Shown one piece after another: positions 1-11,519 of a DNA stretch of 64,000 nucleotides (positions within the stretch are counted from its first letter, which is position 1; each line of letters starts with the position of its first letter). The stretch lies in the NCBI RefSeq assembly GCF_004010195.1, contig NC_057751.1, forward strand, positions 12,071,508 to 12,135,507. The letters are read 5' to 3'. The notes under the pieces were generated by a model. The model saw only the letters and a program-made list of their open reading frames with translations, did no database searches and had not been told where the DNA came from. The position numbers and the translations under genes were made by a program. This DNA is from Chiloscyllium plagiosum (lineage: Eukaryota).

Positions 1-1910
1 AAGGCTGGTAGGTATAGGGAATGCTGGATGACGAAAGAAATTGAGAGTTTGGTTAAGAAAAAGAAGAAAGCATATGTCAGGTATAGACGGGATAGATTGA
101 GTGAATCCTTAGAAGAGTATAAAGGAAGTAGGAGTATACTGAAGAGGAAAATCAGGAGGGCAAAAAGGGGACATGAGATAGCTTTGGTAAATAGAATTAA
201 GGAGAATCCAAAGGGTTTTTACAAATATATTAAGGACAAAAGGGTAACTAGGGAGAGAATAGGACCCCTCAAAGAACAGCAAAATGGCCTTTGTGTGGAG
301 CCACAGATAATGGGGGAGATACTAAATGAATATTTTGCATCAGTATTTACTGTGGAAAAGGATATGGAAGATATAGACTGCAGGGAAATAGATGGTGACA
401 TCTTGCAAAACATCCAGATTACAGAGGAGAAAGTGCTGGATGTGTTGAAATGGGTAAAGGTGGATAAATCCACAGGACCTGATCAGGTGTACTGGAGAAC
501 TCTGTGGGAAGCCAGGGAAGTGATTGCTGGGCCTCTTGCTGAAATATTTGTATCATTGATAGTAACAGGTGAGGTGCTGGAAGACTGGAGGTTGGCAAAC
601 ATGGTGCCACTGTTTAAGAAGGGCAGTAAAGACAAGCCAGGGAACTATAGACCGGTGAGCCTGACCTTGGTTGTGGGCAAGTTGTTGGAGGGACTCCTGA
701 GGGACAGGATGTACATGTATTTGGAAAGGCAAGGACTGATTAGGGATAGTCAACATGGCTTTGTGCGTGGGAAATCATGTCTCACAAACTTGATTGAGGT
801 TTTTGAAGAAGTAACATAGAGGACTGATGAGGGCAGAGCAGTAGACGTGATCTATCTGGACTTCAGTAAGGCGTTCGACAAGGTTCCCCATGGGAGACTG
901 ATTAGCAAGGTTAGATCTCATGGAATACAGGGAGAACTAGCCATTTGGATACAGAACTGGCTCAAAGGTAGAAGACAGAGGGTGTTGGTGGAGGGTTGTT
1001 TTTCAGACTGGAGGCCTGTGACCAGTGGAGTGCCACAAGGATCGGTGCTAGGTCTTCTACTTTTTGTCATTTATATAAATGATTTGGATGCAAGCATAAG
1101 AGGTACAGTTAGTATGTTTGCAGATGACACCAAAATTGGAGGTGTAGTGGACAGCGAAGAGGCTTACCTCAGATTTCAACAGGATCTGGACCACTTGGGT
1201 CAATGGGCTGAGAAGTGGCAGATGGAGTTTAATTCAGATAAATGCAAGATGCTGCATTTTGGGAAAGCAAATCTTAGCAGGACTTCTACACTTAATGGGT
1301 AAAAACAATGACTGCAGATGCTGAAAACCAGATTCTGGATTAGTGGTGCTGGAAGAGCACAGCAGTTCAGGCAGCATCCAAGGAATATTGCGTGCAATTC
1401 TGGTCTCCTTTCTATTGGAAAGATGTTGTGAAACTTGAAAGGGTTCAGAAAAGATTGACAAGGATGTTGCCAGGGTTGGAGGATTTGAGGTATGGGGAGA
1501 GGCTGGGGCTGTTTTCCCTGGAGCGTCGGAGGCTGAGGGGTGACCTTATAGAGGTTTACAAAATTATGAGGGGCATGGATAGGATAAATAGACAAAGACT
1601 TTTCCCTGGGGTCGGGGAGTCCAGAACTAGAGGGCACAGATTTAGGGTGAGAGGGGAAAGATATAAAAGAGACCTAAGGGGCAACATTTTCATGCAGAGG
1701 GTGGTACGTGTATGGAATGAGCTGCCAGAGGAAGTGGTGGAGGCTGGTACAATTGCAACATTTAAGAGGCATTTGGATGGGTATATGAATAGGAAGGGTT
1801 TGGAGGGATATGGGCCAGGTGCTGGCATATTGGGTTGGGATATCTGGTTGGCATGGACGGGTTGGACCAAAGGGTCAACATCCATGCTGTACATCTCTAT
1901 GACTCCATGT
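1..1910 (+). mobile_element. CR1-clade LINE (HER1-like), ORF2 RT region plus 3' UTR; disrupted; 5' part lies outside the window
   Basis: ORFs 28-819, 847-1302 and 1392-1916 carry CR1 RT motifs PGNYRPVSL, QHGF, LDFSKAFDKV, GVPQGSVLG and FADD. In-frame stop at 817-819. Ends in a ctctatgact-type tail near 1900. Confidence 0.95.
1298..1384 (-). mobile_element. Short Penelope-like terminal fragment inserted in CR1, replacing ~200 bp
   Basis: ggtaaaaacaatgactgcagatgctg...gcagcatcc recurs at 47532 and 48788. It is the reverse complement of the tail that follows the PLE RT copy (23320-23360). Confidence 0.8.
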
Positions 1911-2863
1911 GAATAAAAATGTACATTTCAAGCACGATCATGGGAGATTTTCCAAATCTGGGTATGTCTGGACTGAAGCTAAATCTGTATGTGGTATCAA
2001 GGGTTTAATTGTAGGTGTCAACTGTTGGTTCATTGACCTTTTGTCCATGATTCTGAGAATTTTAAGTACAGATTCCCTTTTCTGGAACTTGTAAGCGGGA
2101 ATGGAAATTCAGATTTTTATACTCTAAGGAGTAAACGCTCCTTCAGTATCCAGACAAAAAGTCATCTTTATAGGCACTAAACTTTATAGGCAGCTTTGAG
2201 ACTTGTGACAGTCAGTTCCCTGTCGGCATCTGTGCCAAAAGGAGATTATGTTCATTAAAACATTCTAACAAAGCTTTGGGAGAATGAGAAAGCTTGTAGC
2301 CTTACATGTTACATATCTGCTAAGGAAATGGAGGAAAGCATTTGATCACGGGGAGTTGGGGGAGGGGGGCCCCCATTTGTTCAGAAGAATTGGGAACATC
2401 TGTTCTTAGTGTCAGTGGATTGGTGTAAAGAAGGTGATAACACTTGTTCACTTGTGAAATGTGTGGCAGTATTTCATTCTCATGCCGGGGGCTGGAGGAT
2501 TTCGTATATTTCACGGTAACATGTCGGATAACTAAAAGTTTTGGTTATATCGAAGACTCTTAACAAAACTCATACTCAATAGGAAAAGAACTTGTAATTT
2601 AATAAGATGAGTGGAATATGCACATCATAGAACAATCCTGATACATTTTCTTGGATACCACACTGAGCAAATTTGAATTTTTGAAGCTCAGCTCGCTCAT
2701 CTTGAGTGTTCTGGAATATGAATGTCTCATTACCCTACAGGCTAGGAAAAAACGAAGGCTGAAAACTGACATAGTAAGGAAGTTGGAAGATGCTCATGTG
2801 TGAGTGAGAGAGAGAAAACATTCTTCTGTAAATTATTCACTGACTGAAGGGTTTAAGGGACAC

Positions 2864-2939
2864 AGAGAGAGAGAAAGAGAGAGAGAAAGAGAAAGAGAAA
2901 GAGAAAGAGAAAGAGAAAGAGAAAGAGAAAGAGAGAGAA
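2864..2939. repeat. (GA)n/(GAGAAA)n microsatellite
   Basis: Seen directly; explains the RERERE ORF 2804-3007. Confidence 0.95.
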
Positions 2940-2949
2940 TGGAAACTGG

Positions 2950-3275
2950 TGGAAAGATTAACTCGTTGTGGTATGATTTGAGTGATCACTGGCTTGTCAT
3001 GGATTGATGTTTGTATGTTGTTCCCTGGTGCTCGAGATCCAGGAAGGTTATGAATTTAATTTGCATTCTGGGAATCTAAGATGATTTTAAAAGAAAAAGC
3101 CATTTTGTAGGACAATGATACTGGACATGTTAGCTGAGCAAGTTTACCTCATGATCTTTCCACATAGTTTAGACTAGTCCCTTGTTATCATGTACTGTTG
3201 AAAGGGAAGGTTATCTAGCCAAAGCAATTGGCCATTTGGGGCCTGGCTTGATCATGGTTTCCCACTTTGATATGC
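2950..3275 (-). mobile_element. Possible ancient, highly decayed Penelope-like RT remnant
   Basis: Minus-strand translations HIKVG..RPQMANCF, IKFITFLDL and (frameshifted) NIQTSIHDKP fall in the order of the PLE RT motifs Q.KG.AMG..P..A.LF, PFLD and T..Y.KP. Similarity is weak. Confidence 0.3.
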
Positions 3276-4368
3276 ATGAAGCTTAAATAGTCAAGCATAC
3301 TAAGACCTGTCAATGAGTTTCTCTTCCTCTGCAAACTTTTGCCATTTTATTGCTGCTTATCTGATTAAGGACATGATGCGTTCTTTTAATTTTAATACCG
3401 AATTCTGTACAAAGGCAGCTTCTTTGCAGCAATAAGGAGAGTAGCCTGACAGAGCTCTTAGGGGTAAGAGCTGGCAATGCTACTTTGGTAATGGTTTTAG
3501 AACCTTAGCTCAAGCCTGGCTTGTCGGAATCTATGTTATAGTGCAACATTGATGCCATTGGTAAATAAAGATAATAACTTAAACTAAACCGTCTGTAAGA
3601 GTTTTATATTCCAGACTACACTAGAGTACCATCTCTGGGAAGAACCAAGAGAAGCTTACAGGTCGAGTCCATCAGGGATTCTCTGAGCTATCTCGAATAG
3701 GTACTTTAACAAGGAGACAGAAGAAGATGAACACTAATCAAGGAAGAGATAGGAATATTTAAGGTGAGATTGATTGCTTACTCCCTGACAAGGTGAAGGA
3801 GATTTAACATATTAACTTTGACGCACAATAGACATTTGTTTTCTTTGCTGCGTATGAAGGGAGATGTTGATTAGAAGATGCTCACAGTCTAAAGACAATC
3901 AACTCTTTTGTCTACGTTTGGGTTTTATTTGAGTTTATTAACTGAGGCAGATCACTCCCCGTGTCACTCAAATAAAGTGATAGTAAAAACCTATACTCAG
4001 TCTCCAGCAGTTGATTATTTACAAATCAAAACAACATAAGAAAGCTAAAAGCTGTTATTTTGTTGCCTCGTAGAGGAATTTTACACTGACAGGTGATGTC
4101 TTTTGAATGGGATCTTACTCTGAGGCTCATTCCGGAGAATGCAGAGATCCTGCGATCTTGATGTGAAGAAAAGCAGAGGAGTTATCCCACTTGTCATGCC
4201 CAAAACTAAATTGTCAGTCAACATTTCAAAGAACAGGATTTATTCATCATCTCATTATTGCTTAATGATAGTCATGAGTAGAATTATACAGGTGTCTAAG
4301 CAATGTTGTCCTGAGTATGATTTGTGACAGAATTAGATGAGAAGTCTGGCAAGACTAATCTCGATAAT

Positions 4369-5477
4369 GGGAGCATCTTCCTCCATTTTTTGTACTTTCC
4401 ACAAGCGCTTTGATGAATTTCTCACAAGGCAGCTTTAGTTGCCAATGAAAGGCAATTATTATTCATTGAACACATTGTGGATGGCCCAACACACCTCATT
4501 AATATTCAGCTTTCTTTCTCACTACACTTACCAGACAGGCAAAACATCGAGAAACTCAACACCAGAGTTGATACAGAGTGGCGAATTCAGCTCACTACTT
4601 GCTCTGAAAGACTTCCACGCTGGACATCAGGTACCAATATCTTAGGCATAAATCACATGCACCCCATGTCTACAGACATTGCCATTTGATATATGCCAAC
4701 TTCTAAGAACCTTGATGGCAGATCTCCTGTTCACTTGGAGGACACTTCACCATTTCAATACTGCACTGCCAGCTTTTATGTAATGTTGCAGCAAGGCTTG
4801 TGTGTCCTCGGGGGTCAGACCCACCTCATGCGGCATCTCCAGGCTTTTCACTCGTTATCACAGCACACACTCATTTTAAGCATTGCTCGATGCTCAGATC
4901 ATCCATGCCTTGCACTGTCAATGCCTTGGTGTTTTGCGTTTTGCACCCTCAGCCAGCAATACCAGATTTATATTACTTCTGCCTTGTCATTCAGCACAGA
5001 CATAAATGTTAGAAGCTTGTCATGGCTCTCAGCAGGCCTCCATCAACAAGGATAGCTATCAATAAGGGTATTTTGTCTTCCACGTTTGGTTCTGGGCAAA
5101 GAGCAAATCCCACGTTGGCATCATCTCATGCAGCAGGATCTCCAGGTTGTTGCCTGCAAAAGGGGGTTTTGATTTCCTCTTGTCTGTCATGTCTCGGGCA
5201 AACGTCAGGAACTGTGCAGGGCAACTGCAGACAGATAGTGCTTGTCCAGGTGCACAGAGGGCTTTTAAAGATGGTGCAAGCGCAAGGGCTCTGAGTGAAC
5301 ACCCGCGGAGTGGTGCATTGTTCAGGGAACATGTGGTGATGTGGGGCTGGAATCGAGGCAAGGTCAGGGATGCCAGAGGAGCAGGGTAGGAATCTAATGA
5401 GGCAGATTTGTTAAGATAAGGATGAAAACTCACTTATGTGTCCAAAAAAGCCCGATGCAACTTGAAAATTAAGCTCA
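4369..5477 (-). mobile_element. Possible decayed PIF/Harbinger-type element with a Myb/SANT-like N-terminal remnant (5059-5190)
   Basis: MTDKRKSKPPFAGNNLEILLHEMMPTWDLLF resembles the (K/R)xPxF....LE.LL.......D.LF start of Harbinger Myb-like proteins. Boundaries are approximate. Confidence 0.35.
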
Positions 5478-5819
5478 CAGCTGTTCAGAGTACAGAAAGA
5501 TGGCCTTGTGTCCTTGCTGATCATCAAGCACCTTATCTACTCAAGTCCTATTTAGCAGAACAAGGCTGGTAATGTTGAAGGAAATGGTGCTTTGAGTGTT
5601 TAACCAAATACTCACTAAATATCATGATGGTTCCCACCTCTTTTAGGCAGTGAGTGTCTGTGGGACCTTGTGTTAAGCAAATTGACTGTGGGTTTCTAAA
5701 AGGTGAGGGCACCTCAAAAGTACTTTTGCTGGTTGCACGGTAGCAGTGAAAGATGCAAGGTAATTTTTCAACTCCAACTGCATTGGTTTCAGGAAATCCT
5801 AAAAGGAAGCGTATGTTAC

Positions 5820-6400
5820 CTCCCGCCGCGAAATAAATGCAGACCAGTCGACAAATTTTCAATGGAGTAAGAATGAAGTAGAAATTTTATGATCCGGGAA
5901 GGCGGGGGTGGGTCGGCGATGCATCTCGTGCGAACAAATGAAAGTGGGATAGATGTTTTGCAATCAACCTGTCCAGAGCTTCTTTTTAAATGCACAACTC
6001 TGGGGCAGCGGGTGGGACATGTCATTGCAGCTGGACGTTTTTTTTCTCGTATGGGGTCGGGTGAAAGACACGCACCGCACCGCAACCCTCGGGATGCAAG
6101 GGGGGCGACCACCACCACTTCGGGATGTGTGACCGACCCTGGCGCAGATGAGAAATCCGAACACTTGGAACAAAAATCATTTGGTTACCTGGCTTCGCCC
6201 AAGGGCGGTCCCCCGCCTGCGACGCTGCCGGAATGAAGGGTCCACCCGGCACCGCGCACGTGCGCCGCCGCGAGCCGAAACCGTTAACGGCCAGAGCGGC
6301 GCGCGACCAGCTCACCGCCCCCCATCGTTGCACCCCACAGTGCAGCGAGCACGTGTCCTCCAAGCTGGATTGAAGATACCCTTTGCCTACCCCTCTCGAC
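5820..6400 (-). promoter_or_regulatory. CpG island; probable promoter and first exon of an unidentified minus-strand gene
   Basis: Dense CpG in a CpG-depleted background. E-boxes CACGTG (6257-6262, 6350-6355), GC box (6315-6320), ETS core CCGGAA (6228-6233). Minus-strand splice donors CAG|GTAACC (exon end 6189) and GAG|GTAACA (exon end 5820). Confidence 0.65.
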
Positions 6401-6424
6401 CGGCTTCAAAACAAAAACTCAGAA

Positions 6425-6671
6425 TTAGATTAGATTCCCTGCAGTGTGGGAACAGGCCATGCGACCCAACAAATCCACCTCTGACTAATACACCTAACAC
6501 CGTGGGCAATTTAGCATGGCCAATTCACCTGATCTTTGGAATGTGGGAGAAAACCAGAGCACTCAGTGGAAACCCACGCAGGGAGAATGGGCAAACTCCA
6601 CACACACAGTCATCCAAGATGGGAATCGAACCCAGGCTACAGTGCTAACCACTGAACCACCATGCCACCCC
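6425..6671 (-). mobile_element. HE1-type tRNA-derived V-SINE
   Basis: Head with A/B-box-like ggttcagtggttagcac...ggttcgattcc, V-domain gtttgcccattctcc / ggccatgctaaattgccc, and an (aatct)n tail. Matches other copies in the window. Confidence 0.85.
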
Positions 6672-6682
6672 AAATAAACCAG

Positions 6683-6898
6683 GCAAAGCTCTCTGGTGGT
6701 GCAGTGAGTGTCTGTAAATTTCAGCCAGAATGGTCGGGTTCATGTCTCACCTGCTCCATGGAAGTGCCAACACACATCTGAAAAGATTGATTTCACGGGC
6801 TCCTTGTGGTGCAGTGGTATGATCTCTATGCCTGAGCCCAGGTACAGCCCAGATTCAAGTCTGACATACACCATGAGTGACTCTGAACAGGTTGATTA
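6683..6898 (+). mobile_element. Two tandem short tRNA-derived SINE heads
   Basis: Two units of gtggtgcagtg...(g/a)ttca(t/a)gtct...ctgaa.ag.ttgatt with A/B-box-like motifs. Confidence 0.5.
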
Positions 6899-6909
6899 CA
6901 AAATCCAAA

Positions 6910-7118
6910 TGAAGAACTGCAGATGCTTAAGATGTGAAAAATAAAACCCCCTAAAATTGCTTGCAAAACTCAACAGGTCTGGCTGCACCTGCAGAGAAAA
7001 ACAAGGGTATGACTTTACTTCAGAACCAGACTTGAAAGTTTTATCCTGCTTTCTTTCTTTATTTCCACAGGTGCTGCCAGGCATGCTGAGTTTCTCCAGC
7101 AATTGCTGTTTTTGTTTT
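6910..7118. mobile_element. Inverted pair of PLE terminal fragments
   Basis: aaactcaacaggtctggctgcacctgcag versus ccacaggtgctgccaggcatgctgagtttctccagc. Same family as 38140-38280 and 44630-44897. Confidence 0.6.
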
Positions 7119-7659
7119 AAAACATCAGCTTTTGTTCTAAAGTTGTGGGTGGAGGGAGAATTCAATTTTTACGAATGTCTAATTCCACTCCACTCCAGCG
7201 TTGTCCCTCAAAGTCTGAGATGCCAGTGTCCCCAGGACATAGCCACAAAACCTGAATGTCTGACTGATAAAACATCCAGCTTGTGCAGCCAGAGTTTTGT
7301 TCAAAGAGCCTCTGTGCCAACTTTGTGTAAATAGTTAAGTCTGTTCATTAGTGCTGGAGCTTTAACCTTTGAGCAAAGCATTATGTTTCAAAGAAAACAC
7401 ATTTTGTGCCCTTCCTAGTTCTTTGTCTGCCAAATCATACTTCCTAAAGAGGGATATTAAAGACAAACAAAATAAATGTTGTCAAGTTGCTGCATAAGTT
7501 TGTACCCACTGTTCCTGATTCCTTGAACAGATCTTATTTTTAATTTTTTGATTGACACTTGATCATTGATTTACTGAATGATAATGACTGAAAATCACAT
7601 TTAATCATGCATAGCGACCAAGCTGGTTGAGTTCTGAAGGAACCAACAAGAGGAAAATA

Positions 7660-7910
7660 AACAGGATATCTGTTTGAGAGGGGAGTGGCCACTTGCGATT
7701 CCTGCTCTGCCTGCCCACACACACTGATCTTCCTGGTGATCATCCAACACTTTTCTGCCTGTTGAGTCCTGACTTGTGTTGTGACCAGCTCATTCAACGT
7801 GCAATTCACAATGCCCCTCCGCATCACGGATGCTCCACAATGAGTCCACCACAGCTCCAGCCACTTCATACAGCTAATCAGGGGCTGCAGCTAAAAACTC
7901 TTCTGGCATA
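7660..7910 (-). mobile_element. CR1 5'/ORF1 fragment
   Basis: Minus translation LELWWTHC...ELVTTQVR...VATPLSNRY matches ORF1 of the copy at 11.5-11.8 kb (ELELELDELR...EVVTPQ...LSNKY). Confidence 0.65.
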
Positions 7911-8713
7911 TGTTGTCAACGTGACACTGAAACCGTTCCTGATTTTCCACATATTGCCACAGGAGCATTCAATGTGGCTGAGTGCTCTGCCATTGTCAAC
8001 CTTACCAACCATATACAATAAATGAGGAACCAATTACTCAACTTATGCAGATTTGTTTCTCTCTCTGTCCTAGCAAACTACAAACAACAAAATAAGTATT
8101 CCACACTCTCTACCCTTGCTGGTACTACTCATTTAGTCTCAAGAGTTGGTTTCCACGCAGTCAATTCTCTTGCCCTATGTCACTTTTTAAACCTTGACCT
8201 CAGGAACTCTACCTCTGGATTCAGTTGAGGATCGCACTGCTTGTGTAATAGTTAATGTGGACCAAAGTATTAAATGCAAGTTTACAAATAAGCAGAACTC
8301 CTGTAGGCATGACCAGTCTGACTGGTGTGGCCACACAAGGCCTCATGGTCAAGAAAATGTTGAGCTAAAATATTTGAAATTAAAACCACAACTGTTTTGA
8401 AGAAAACTGTTCAGATGTAAATGTATCTCCAATTGAAAATTTGGGTGCAAGATATTAAGAATATGTGTTCCTACTAGGTAAACCTGAATATATATGAAAC
8501 AGAAGCACTTGTACAAATGATGAGTGCTGATGGAAGAAGTTTTGAGTTTTCTTAAAATAATATGATATGACTACCCAATAAAGCAGTTTTGATGAAGCAT
8601 TTTAAGTAAGCTGACAGTTCTGACATTAACACCTTTGAAGAACTTGGCCATTCCTCAAGATTGTACCATTCCTCAAGAAACAGAGTGCATGTTTACAGGG
8701 AAAGTTCCCAGTT

Positions 8714-8800
8714 GGAAGGGCTTATGCCCGATATGTCGATTCTCTTGCTCCTTGGATGCTGCCTGACCTGCTGCGTTTTTCCAACAACACATTTTTCAGC
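8714..8800 (+). mobile_element. PLE 3' terminal fragment with a decayed hammerhead motif
   Basis: gaagggcttatgcccgatatgtcgattctcttgctccttggatgctgcctgacctgctg matches the tails at 17090 and 30066. Confidence 0.8.
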
Positions 8801-9234
8801 CTTGCATCAGCTGTATATTCACTGGAATGGAATATCAAGACAGCCTCTACATTGGAGAGAGGAATCGGTGCAAGGTGTCATGATTACCTTTCAGCAGGAA
8901 ACTGTGAGAGTCTGTTGCTATTCCAGTGCTTTCTAACAACCAAACAGTTATTGTCATTTTAAAGTCTGGTCACATTTAAACAATGGACATTGAATAGGCC
9001 TTGTCAAGGCTCTCAGAATCATGCCAGTACAGCATTACGATGCCTGACAGGGGAGTGCAGGGGCAGCAGCTGAAGTTGTCTTACTTTTCAGTAGTTTATA
9101 TTCCTTTTCAGGCTCGAGCTCTATCACCCAAAGAAATGCCCACTCTGAAAGGTTCTATGCTGAAGGGGTGACTTGGGTAGATCATGTAGGTCATCACTCT
9201 GTAATATCAGTAATAATCCCAAGCACATCTGTGC

Positions 9235-9815
9235 AAAATATAATGTGCAACCACCTTCAGCTGAGTGCATGATCTATCTCAGCCTTGTCCTGTGGTCCCC
9301 AGCATCACAGATACCAGTTTTTTGCCAAACTGATTCAATTCCCTTGGTTTCAATGAAGGTACTGAATATTGTAAAACTCATAGGTTGTGACAATCATCTA
9401 ACAATACTGCAGAAGACTTGTGTTCTGGAACTCGAGGCACCCCTCCCCAATTTACAACACAGGTATCTGCCCAATTTTATGGAAAATTGCCTGCTTATGT
9501 CCTGCAAATAAAAAGAAGGATAACTACAACACAGTTAATTATGATTCCATTGTTCTACTTCAGATTATCAGCAAAGTGATGGAAGTTGCCATCAAAAGTT
9601 GTGTAAAGCCGCACATGCAAAACATTAACCTACTCAGTTTGGGTTCCACTAGGACCAACCAAACTTATTTGCTTCATCACTAACCTTTCCCCTATCAAAT
9701 GTCAAAAGTGAAGATGTTTGCTGATAATTGCACAATGTGCAGTAACATTTGCAACTTATCAGATACTGAAGTAGGTCCATGTCAAAATGCATCCAGACCT
9801 AGACAATACCTAGGT
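9235..9815 (+). mobile_element. Decayed LINE RT fragment (second, CR1/L2-group family)
   Basis: KTCVLEL..PL, NY.SI.LL.IISKVME and gatgtttgctgataattgc (FAD-like) motifs. Related to 18425-19130. Confidence 0.7.
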
Positions 9816-10789
9816 TGGCTGGTGGGTTTCAAAATGTGCTGTTCTGAGAAACTATGACAATGCAACCTTGTACTTAGGTCACTACTGGCAATCTGTGATT
9901 ATTTCAGTTCATATCCAGATTAAAATTACCCATAATTATTGCTGTCTGTTTATCACAAGCATTTGTCTCTGTGCATAAACCTTACCCACATCAAAGAAAA
10001 GTGTACCATTAGGTTCAGTTAGAACAAAAGACTGTTAGGAAGTCAAGCAAGACATAGATGAGGAGAAAAAACAGTTTACACCTATCTGTAACATAGCAAT
10101 TTGCAGCATATAAAATTCTACTGTGCACGAAGACCATTTGTCTGGAATAGATTGTGTAAGCTGGTTTCCTAAAGTGAAGTGAACACTTTGGGGTTCGAAG
10201 GATTAAAACTGAATTTCTTTGTGTGTTTATTTGTCCTTGATTTCATGCAAAGTATATTATAAAGGCTATGTTTAAACAATTTCTTACTCATTGGATGTTT
10301 TGGGTAAGTAGTTCCGAACAAACCCATCATAATTGCTAGATGTAGATTGTTCCAGTACATCGATGCACAGCACCGTCCTCCTCCACACGTCCCTTAAATT
10401 GCAATGATTGTAATGCAGATTTATTTTTGGAACTGCAACTATCCAACTGAATATCAGATCGCAATGTTGTGAGATAAGTTTCCGATTAAGAGATAACTGA
10501 AGAGTTCATGAAATTGAGAACGAATTTTTGCCAAGCAATCATATTGTCAGATAAGATATTATCTCTAAGGGCAATTTTTAAATTCATGAGAGCACGTAAG
10601 ACAGTTGAAATGAGATGAATTAGTTCATGGTACGTGCAGGCTTCCCGTGTTGCAATCTTCTAGAATTCAATATTCGGGAAATTAGGTCTAACTTTCAGCC
10701 CCTTTGAATGCACATACTATTTAGGTCCACTAACACATTCGATAGACCCTGTCATTGAAATGTCTGTTTTTAGAAAACCCAGGCTATTA

Positions 10790-11112
10790 GAGTCATCGTG
10801 TCATAGAGATATACAGCATGGAAATAGACCCTTTGGTCCAACTCATCCATGCTGACCAGATATCCCAAAATTAATCTAGTCCCATTTGCCAGCACTTGGT
10901 CCATTTCCCTCTAAAACCTTCCCATTCATGTATCATTCAGGTGACTTTTAAATGCTGTGATTGTGCCGGCCTCCACCACTTCCTCTGGCAGCTCGAACTA
11001 TACATGCACCACCCTTTGCATGAAAGAATGGTCCCTTAGGTCCTTTTTAGATCTTTCCCCTCTCATCCTAAACCAATGCCCTCTAGCTCTGGACTCCCCC
11101 AACCCAGGGAAA
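10790..11112 (-). mobile_element. CR1 3' end
   Basis: Reverse complement of the 1610-1910 tail (ESRARGH..R..GER..KDLR). Confidence 0.9.
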
Positions 11113-11430
11113 CGTAATGACATGTAACCAAGTCCAGGGTTTACCTGGACATCCCATGAATGTGGGGGAGCTACTGGTGGCAATTTCTGATCTTTTCGGC
11201 ACTCTGGGTACTGCCCAACCAGCAGGGCTATGTCGGCATGCAATCCTGGCCAACAAACATAACCTATAGCCAATACCTTCATCTTGGAAACTCCCAATGA
11301 CGCTGGTGGAGTTCAGACACCATCTGGCAGCGAACTTTGCTTAGGACAATCACTCTTGCTTCCTATGGTATGTTGTCCTCTATGGTGATCTGGTGTCTCT
11401 GGGTCCAGACAGATTTCAATTCTGCTTGTG
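11113..11430 (-). mobile_element. Gypsy/Ty3 integrase zinc-binding region fragment
   Basis: GVSKMKVLAIGYVCWPGLHADI..LV.QYPEC..QKLPP.AP.H.W matches the HPG...MK.LARSYVWWPG.D.DI...V..C..C integrase consensus. Confidence 0.85.
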
Positions 11431-11519
11431 ATGGTCCTTTTGTTTCCCCCATAACCATCAGCTGTTTTAGTTTTCCAGGATAGGATCCTTTTGTGTCCAA
11501 AGTCTGATATTGTCAGTGT

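Noticed and set aside
2804..3007. RE-repeat protein ORF
   Set aside because: Microsatellite translation.
5816..6648. Several overlapping 100-166 aa ORFs
   Set aside because: Expected in a GC-rich island; no homology seen, and one extends into a SINE.
6683..6898. tRNA genes
   Set aside because: Only degenerate A/B boxes without a cloverleaf; these are SINE heads. The same applies to 25135-25342.
10290..10395. Minus-strand peptide TCGGGRCCASMYW resembling prokineticin CGGGMCCAVSIW
   Set aside because: Preceded by an in-frame stop; lacks the AVITGAC start and the downstream cysteines; probably chance.
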